Source: Gemmatimonadota bacterium
Lineage (GTDB): Bacteria; 4572-55; J002
Direction: 5' to 3'
Assembly (NCBI GenBank): GCA_003697105.1
Contig: RFFQ01000011.1
Span: 1 to 41,675, forward strand
DNA length: 41,675 nt
Part shown: piece after piece, positions 35,758-41,675 of the stretch
How positions within the stretch are numbered: the first letter of the stretch is position 1
Layout of the letters: each line of letters starts with the position of its first letter
The notes under the pieces: model-generated
Databases searched by the model: none
Told to the model about the DNA's origin: nothing
Seen by the model: only the letters and a program-made list of their open reading frames with translations
Program-made: the position numbers and the translations under genes

Positions 35758-36936
35758 AGTTGCATCATCACTGGGTTCGGCCCCATCTACAAAGCGAGCC
35801 ACATCTGCCAGCACCGCCGCTAAGGCATCAATCGTGGGGTATTCCCCCACTTCTTGGATGATACATTCGTACCGTTCAAAACCATACAGGTCTCCTTGCG
35901 GATTTTTCGCCTCAATGATGCCATCACTACAAAAAAAGACCACATCACCCGCCTCCAAGGAGACGGTACGCTGGTCGTATTCAATTTTCGACATACAGCC
36001 AATCGGAATGCGGGTTTGGTTGAGTGGGGCATAACTCACGGATTGGGTTCGTTTGTGGTAGATGAGTGGGGTCGGTTGTCCGGCACTGGTGTAAGTCATG
36101 GTCAATGTGGAGGGGTCAAAAACCGTATAAGAGAGGGCTAAAAACATGGAGGGGTCGGTGTCCTTAATCAACCAGCGGTTGGTGGCATTCATCACTGCCC
36201 CCGGTTGGATATGGTTGTAGGCTTCGGAGCGGACAATGCCTTTCGAGATGGCCATGATAATCGCGGCGGCAATCCCTTTGCCGGAGACATCTCCCACAAT
36301 CAACCCCAACTGTTGCCGTGCGGGATAATCAAACAGTACAAAGTCATAAAAGTCGCCGCCCACTTCCCGTGCCGGATTGGAGACCGCGTCAATTTCGAGT
36401 CCAGAGACTGTCGGGATAACAGATGGTTGCAATCCTAATTGAATCCGGCGGGCAATTCGCAGTTCGCTCAGTTGCTCGCCTAATTTGCGCAATTGGAGGT
36501 ACTGCCGTTGGATACGCTCATTATCTTCCCGCAGGCGCAGGCTGAGCGCACGGCTGATCTGGAGGGCAATTTGGGGATGTTTCATCACGCGGTCATGAAA
36601 ATCATCGCGGCTAATTCGTAGGAAAAGCCCCTTGCCTTCACAAATCCCATCCGCCGAGCGGGGTTGGTCATCAATAAGCGACATTTCACCGGCATAATCG
36701 GGGGCTTGTAAAATATTCAGTACAGTTTCGGCTTTAGCGGAGCGCCGTACAATGCGCAAGCGTCCATGGACGATAACATACATGCAATCGCCCTCAGAGC
36801 CTTCTTCAAATAGAAAATCTCCATCGGAGGCTTCCCATTCAGAGGAAATTTTCGCCAATTCGGCAACTACATCAGAAGAAAGTTCCCGAAAGAGCGAAAG
36901 CCGGGACAATAACGCTATCTTTTCATCTAGCGTCAT
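35728..36936 (-). CDS. Cyclic-nucleotide-binding domain fused to a SpoIIE/RsbU-type PP2C phosphatase
   Basis: LFEEGSEGDCMYVI..G...GEMSLIDDQPRSA (cNMP); ARRIQ..L.P, VGGDFYD, GDVSGKG..AA, SDGIIEA, DDAT (PP2C). Start taken at MTLDEK. Confidence 0.92.
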   Translation of the reverse strand: MTLDEKIALLSRLSLFRELSSDVVAELAKISSEWEASDGDFLFEEGSEGDCMYVIVHGRLRIVRRSAKAETVLNILQAPDYAGEMSLIDDQPRSADGICEGKGLFLRISRDDFHDRVMKHPQIALQISRALSLRLREDNERIQRQYLQLRKLGEQLSELRIARRIQLGLQPSVIPTVSGLEIDAVSNPAREVGGDFYDFVLFDYPARQQLGLIVGDVSGKGIAAAIIMAISKGIVRSEAYNHIQPGAVMNATNRWLIKDTDPSMFLALSYTVFDPSTLTMTYTSAGQPTPLIYHKRTQSVSYAPLNQTRIPIGCMSKIEYDQRTVSLEAGDVVFFCSDGIIEAKNPQGDLYGFERYECIIQEVGEYPTIDALAAVLADVARFVDGAEPSDDATLVAVRITGR

Positions 36937-36996
36937 CTTTTCCGTGTGCCGTATCGCCACAACAGTACTCCTACGAATGAAATGAGGTGCTGTGCT

Positions 36997-37074
36997 ACTA
37001 TACATGAATTTTGTCAAAAATGCAATAGAAGATCGATCAAAAATCTTGACATTCCCCACAATCTGATCTAGTCT
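36997..37074. promoter_or_regulatory. Divergent sigma70-type promoters
   Basis: Plus: TTGACA(37046) - 17 nt - TAGTCT. Minus: TTGCAT - 17 nt - TATAGT (about 37025-36997). Confidence 0.5.
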
Positions 37075-37119
37075 TAACCTCAAATAAACTTCACGATAAT
37101 GTGATTGAAGGATAAACGG

Positions 37120-37509
37120 ATGAAACAGGGATTCCCTAGCGAGGAACTCCGCCGCTATTACCGGCTGGATTCCGAGCATCTTGTCAATTTTGAAACATTT
37201 GTCGGAGAAGATATTATCGAAGGACTGGCAAAAACGGAGAATATTAGCTCCGGTGGAATTTTACTCCGCACGACGATGAAACTTGAAGCGCAACAGGAAC
37301 TCCGGTTACAACTTTCGATTCGGGATGAACTGATTCGGGCGCGTGGATTAGTGGCGCGTTGCTTTCCGGTGCCGGGGACTGAGAATGACATCCCGTTGTA
37401 TGATATTGCCGTCCGGTTTACCGATCTGGATCGACACAGCCGTTCCGTCATTGGGCATCTGATTGCCGGAACCATGGTTGAACAGATCACGGCAGAAGAA
37501 GAGGTGTAA
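37120..37509 (+). CDS. Stand-alone PilZ domain protein
   Basis: RRYYR (RxxxR) and NISSGG (D/NxSxxG) motifs; G.V.R...IAVRF. Confidence 0.85.
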   Translation: MKQGFPSEELRRYYRLDSEHLVNFETFVGEDIIEGLAKTENISSGGILLRTTMKLEAQQELRLQLSIRDELIRARGLVARCFPVPGTENDIPLYDIAVRFTDLDRHSRSVIGHLIAGTMVEQITAEEEV

Positions 37510-38847
37510 ATGCCATACATTCCCACGGTAGCCATCATTGGACAACCCAATGTCGGTAAATCAACACTTTTCAACCGCATTGTGGGGAAGCAAATTGCCA
37601 TCACGGACGACATGCCCGGTGTCACACGGGACCGAAATTATGCCCTTTCCGAATGGACCGGGCATCCCTTTATGCTGGTCGATACCGGCGGATTGGTGCC
37701 GGACCCCGAGGGCGCGATCGAACTGGCCATTAAAGAACAAGCCCTGATCGCTTTTGAAGAAGCCGATGTCATCATCTTTTTAGTGGACGGTCGTGCCCCC
37801 ATCAACCGGGAAGTCGAGGACATCAGCCATCTCTTCCACAAAACGGAAAAACCGTTTTTGCTGGTTGCCAACAAAATGGATGGTGAAAAACATGAGTACG
37901 ATATGTACGAGTATGTCAAACTCGGCTTTGGTGAACCCTTCCCCATTTCGGCGGCACATGGACGAAATGTGGGAGACCTATTGGATGAGGTAGTCGCTCG
38001 CTTTCCGGCACAACATACCACCGCTACGGATATAGCGGACAACTCCATCAAACTTGCCGTGGTCGGACGCCCCAATGTTGGTAAGTCTTCCATCGTCAAC
38101 GCCATCTTAGGCTACGACAAAACAATTGTTACCCCCGTTGCCGGCACCACCCGCGACAGTATCGATAGCAAATTCAAACGCAATGGACAAGAATTCACCA
38201 TTATTGATACGGCCGGTATGCGCAAAAAATCGCGTGTGTTACAAGCCTCGGGGGTAGAGTACTTTAGTAATGTCCGTACCATCAAATCCATTCATCAAAG
38301 CGATGTGGTACTCTGCTTATTGAATGCGGAGGAAGGTGTAGTACAGCAAGATCATAAAATTCTCTCCTATGTTCGAGAGAATTACAAGAATTTAATTTTA
38401 GTGGTCAATAAATGGGATTTGGTAGAAAAAGATCACCGTTCGATGAACATCTTCCGCAAAAACATCCGCGAAAAACTCAATTTTGTGGACTATGCGCCCA
38501 TTATTTTCACCTCTGCCCGCACCAAACGGCGTGTGTTTAACGTGATCGATAAAGCGGTGGAGGTCTATCAGGAGTCCCAGCGACGAATCCCCACCGCGGA
38601 GCTAAATAAAGTGGTCGAACAGGCAATCGCCTACCAACCCCCACCATCCGTGGGTCGCAGATTTTGCAAATTTTACTACACCACGCAGGTACGAGTAGCG
38701 CCGCCAACGTTTGTCTTTTTTGTAAGCCGCCCAGATTTGATTCAAGAATCCTACAAGCGATATTTGTACAATCAACTCCGGCGCGCATTTCGTTTTGAAG
38801 GTGTCCCGCTCAAACTTATCTTTCGGGGTAAAACCCCCCCAAAATAG
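37510..38847 (+). CDS. der: Ribosome biogenesis GTPase Der (EngA)
   Basis: Two G domains GQPNVGKS / GRPNVGKS, GVTRD / GTTRD, DTGG / DTAG, NKMD / NKWD, KH-like C-terminus. Confidence 0.97.
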   Translation: MPYIPTVAIIGQPNVGKSTLFNRIVGKQIAITDDMPGVTRDRNYALSEWTGHPFMLVDTGGLVPDPEGAIELAIKEQALIAFEEADVIIFLVDGRAPINREVEDISHLFHKTEKPFLLVANKMDGEKHEYDMYEYVKLGFGEPFPISAAHGRNVGDLLDEVVARFPAQHTTATDIADNSIKLAVVGRPNVGKSSIVNAILGYDKTIVTPVAGTTRDSIDSKFKRNGQEFTIIDTAGMRKKSRVLQASGVEYFSNVRTIKSIHQSDVVLCLLNAEEGVVQQDHKILSYVRENYKNLILVVNKWDLVEKDHRSMNIFRKNIREKLNFVDYAPIIFTSARTKRRVFNVIDKAVEVYQESQRRIPTAELNKVVEQAIAYQPPPSVGRRFCKFYYTTQVRVAPPTFVFFVSRPDLIQESYKRYLYNQLRRAFRFEGVPLKLIFRGKTPPK

Positions 38848-38960
38848 GCTTGAATTAATCGGTTATAACCCGTACCTTTACGGTGAAACACCACTTCCTT
38901 TCCCCCACGTTTCCCCACTATCTATTTTTCCTTTTCTTATCCCCAATACGGAGGTCAGAC

Positions 38961-41675
38961 ATGACAAAGCATACAGTATATTTGATGATCATAGCACTCC
39001 TGCTATGTATCTCACCCGTGATAGCCGGGGAACTTGACCCCAGTCTGCAAGAGCGGATGGCAGTGATGGATGCGTCAGAGTTCATTGACATTGTGATTTT
39101 CTTAACGGATCAGGCTGATATTGATTATCTGGATCACGAATTATCACGCCAGAAAGCCACCCGGCAATTTCGGCATGAAACCATTGTGCGAGAATTGCAA
39201 GCAATCGCTGCGGAAACTCAAGACCCCGTGCGAAATGCTTTGGCAGAAAAAGTCAACGAGGGTTCTGTTGAGTTTTACCGGAGTTACTGGATTGTGAATG
39301 CCTTTTCTGCTCGGGCGCAACGCGCGGCCATTCTGGAATTAGCCGATCATCCTAGTGTGGAACGCATCTATTTTTATGCCCCGATGGAACTCATCGAACC
39401 GGTTGCCAAACGAGATGCCCCCAGCGATCTGGCAAATACAGAGATCGGTCTGGAAGCCATCCGGGCGGATGAAGTTTGGGCAATGGGCATTAATGGTGCC
39501 GGCACCATTGTCGCAAATCTGGATACCGGCGTGGACGGGAACCATCCGGCGCTGGCAAGCCGCTGGCGCGGTAATTTTGCACCCCCAGAAGAGTGTTTTT
39601 ATGATGCCGTCAACCCCAACAACCACAACCCGTTTGATAGTGGTTCGCATGGCACTCACACGATGGGCACTATCACCGGTTTGCATGAAGCCAATGAAGA
39701 TACCATCGGGGTCGCGTGGGGAGCCCATTGGATTGCCGCCGCCTGTATCGATTATAGCGGGCATCCCGGCTATATCGCCTCTTTTGAATGGATGGCAGAC
39801 CCCGACGGCAATCCCGAAACGGTCGATGATGTCCCGGATGTGCTCAGCAATTCGTGGGGAACACTGCAATACCAACCCTGTGATGATCTATTTTGGGAAG
39901 CCATAGATAATTGTGAAGCCGCCGGCATTATCGTTTTATTTGCCATCGGCAATGAAGGGTCAAGTGGTCCCATCCGCCGTCCGGGGGATCGGGCAAGTAC
40001 TTACTACGACTCCTTTACCGTCGGTGCCACCAGTGAAACCCCCCCTTATACCATTGCCAATTTCAGTACCCGCGGACCAACGCCCTGTGCCAGTGGCGAT
40101 CTGGCAATTAAACCGGAAGTGTGCGCTCCCGGGGTTGGCATCCGCTCCAGTGTGCCCGGCGGTGGATACGCTTCCTGGGACGGCACATCCATGGCAACCC
40201 CCCATGTCGCCGGTGTTTTCGCGCTGATGCGCCAATTAAACCCGGATATCGAATCCCACGTGGCAAAACAAATCTTGATGGATACCGCGATGGACCTCGG
40301 TGCAACCGGCGAAGATAACAGCTACGGCTGGGGTCTCGTCGATGCCTACGAAGCCATTCAGGCAACCTATGCAACCTTGAGCGCATTTGAAGGCATGGTT
40401 ACGGATGCGGAAACCGACCAACCCTTACGAGACGCCACAATTTCCACCGTGGAAGACCCCAACGTCCATGCCCTCTCGGATGCCAACGGCTTTTATCATC
40501 TCTCTTTGCAACCGGGAGAATATCACCTGACAGCTACCCGTTTCGGCTACTACAATTATCAATCTCAAGTCGCCTATACTATTGGAGCGCCAGAAACACT
40601 GGTGGTGAATATCCAACTCGATGCCTTACCCGCAAGCCGCCTCAGCGGGCATGTATTCGATGCCAACACGGGTGATCCGATTCCAGATGCCATCATCACC
40701 CCCCTAGGTGTACCCATTGATCCCACCACAACGGATAATGAAGGGTATTACGAGTTCGACCCCATTCCGGGCGATTTTACCTACATGATTCATGTTTATT
40801 CTGGGGATTATGACCCGCAAACGGCTGAAGTAACCGTTCCTCTGGATCAACCCGCTGTTCTGGATTTTAACCTGATGGCAGTCGAAAGTTTTGAAGGTAG
40901 TGACGGTGGCTTTGTACCCGTCGGTAGCCGCAACGATTGGGAATGGGGTGAACCCCAAGAAGAAGGCGGACCGGCGTACGCCTATCAGGGCGTGAATGTA
41001 TGGGGCACCAATTTGGATGGCGACTATCGCCCATTGGCAAATTATTCGCTCGACACTCCCAATTACGACCTGCCAGCCGGTGCCGACCTCTACCAACTGC
41101 GTTTTTACCATTGGTACGAAATCAATGACTGGGATGGAGGCCAGGTGCAAATCAGCACCGATAACGGTGATAGTTGGTCGGTGATTCATCCAGTTGGAGA
41201 TTATCCCGAAGACCGAATTCCGGCATTAAATGGTCCCGGATACACCGGTGAAAGTGGCGATACCGATCCAGAGTGGGTACAGGCAGATTTTGATCTGAAT
41301 GATTATATTGGCCAAACCGTTAAGTTTCGTTTTAAGTTCCGATCAACAAACAGCACCGCCCGGGGCTGGTTTATCGATAATGTCGTAGTGTACGGCAGTG
41401 TGCTACCGCCAGATGACAACGCTACGATCAGCGGGACGATCACCTACCGCGATAGCGAGACGGCGCTCCCCGCTACAGAATTGTACCTTACCGGTGACGG
41501 TTCTTTCTCTACTTTGAGCGATGCCAATGGCAATTATGAACTCACCGTGCCCAGCGGTGCCAATTACGTGCTAACTCCATCCAAAACCGGAGATGCGACC
41601 GGTATTTCCTCCTTTGATGCCGCGCGAGTGGCGCAATTTTCCGCCGGCACGTATGACCTCACCGAATTGGCGCAA
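38961..41675 (+). CDS. Secreted S8 serine protease (bacillopeptidase F-like), multidomain, 3'-partial
   Basis: Absent from the ORF track because it runs off the window. GGAGG RBS, signal peptide MTKHTVYLMIIALLLCISPVIA; in-frame triad DTG (39522), HGTHTMG (39648), GTSMA (Ser 40188); then two carboxypeptidase-regulatory-like repeats, a WEWGEP...DGGQVQISTD jelly-roll domain and GISSFDAARVAQF. Confidence 0.93.
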   Translation, partial: MTKHTVYLMIIALLLCISPVIAGELDPSLQERMAVMDASEFIDIVIFLTDQADIDYLDHELSRQKATRQFRHETIVRELQAIAAETQDPVRNALAEKVNEGSVEFYRSYWIVNAFSARAQRAAILELADHPSVERIYFYAPMELIEPVAKRDAPSDLANTEIGLEAIRADEVWAMGINGAGTIVANLDTGVDGNHPALASRWRGNFAPPEECFYDAVNPNNHNPFDSGSHGTHTMGTITGLHEANEDTIGVAWGAHWIAAACIDYSGHPGYIASFEWMADPDGNPETVDDVPDVLSNSWGTLQYQPCDDLFWEAIDNCEAAGIIVLFAIGNEGSSGPIRRPGDRASTYYDSFTVGATSETPPYTIANFSTRGPTPCASGDLAIKPEVCAPGVGIRSSVPGGGYASWDGTSMATPHVAGVFALMRQLNPDIESHVAKQILMDTAMDLGATGEDNSYGWGLVDAYEAIQATYATLSAFEGMVTDAETDQPLRDATISTVEDPNVHALSDANGFYHLSLQPGEYHLTATRFGYYNYQSQVAYTIGAPETLVVNIQLDALPASRLSGHVFDANTGDPIPDAIITPLGVPIDPTTTDNEGYYEFDPIPGDFTYMIHVYSGDYDPQTAEVTVPLDQPAVLDFNLMAVESFEGSDGGFVPVGSRNDWEWGEPQEEGGPAYAYQGVNVWGTNLDGDYRPLANYSLDTPNYDLPAGADLYQLRFYHWYEINDWDGGQVQISTDNGDSWSVIHPVGDYPEDRIPALNGPGYTGESGDTDPEWVQADFDLNDYIGQTVKFRFKFRSTNSTARGWFIDNVVVYGSVLPPDDNATISGTITYRDSETALPATELYLTGDGSFSTLSDANGNYELTVPSGANYVLTPSKTGDATGISSFDAARVAQFSAGTYDLTELAQ

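Noticed and set aside
36937-37179. 81-aa extension of the cNMP-PP2C ORF
   Set aside because: Runs through the divergent promoter region and into the PilZ gene.
38896-38945. Pyrimidine-rich tract with TTTCCCC(C)AC twice
   Set aside because: Low complexity, no stable stem, no recognisable RNA motif.

Overview
Bacterial chromosomal segment with no rRNA, tRNA, CRISPR array or intact mobile element detected by eye. The T9SS/FlgD-type C-terminal domain, TamB, a TonB-dependent receptor and lipoproteins point to a diderm, probably FCB-group organism (inference). Left end: two giant secreted multidomain proteins share six copies of one unnamed ~105-aa module. The first is 5'-truncated with a T9SS/FlgD-like tail; the second has cadherin-like repeats and a dockerin-like tail. 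A long minus-strand block follows: TamB-like, membrane protein, triple-HhH ComEA, CcbP-like, S55 peptidase, BNR lipoprotein with TonB receptor, MalK/UgpC ATPase, a very acidic protein, LutA, MATE, Rieske oxygenase, recN, and split LKR/saccharopine dehydrogenase genes. Then come rsmD, a lipoprotein, an orphan RND permease, a cNMP-PP2C phosphatase divergent from PilZ-der, and a 3'-truncated S8 protease missing from the ORF track. Best candidate for something undescribed: a modular surface-assembly system built from the shared module, nested domain insertions and dockerin-like tails. All family calls are from motif recognition, not database searches.
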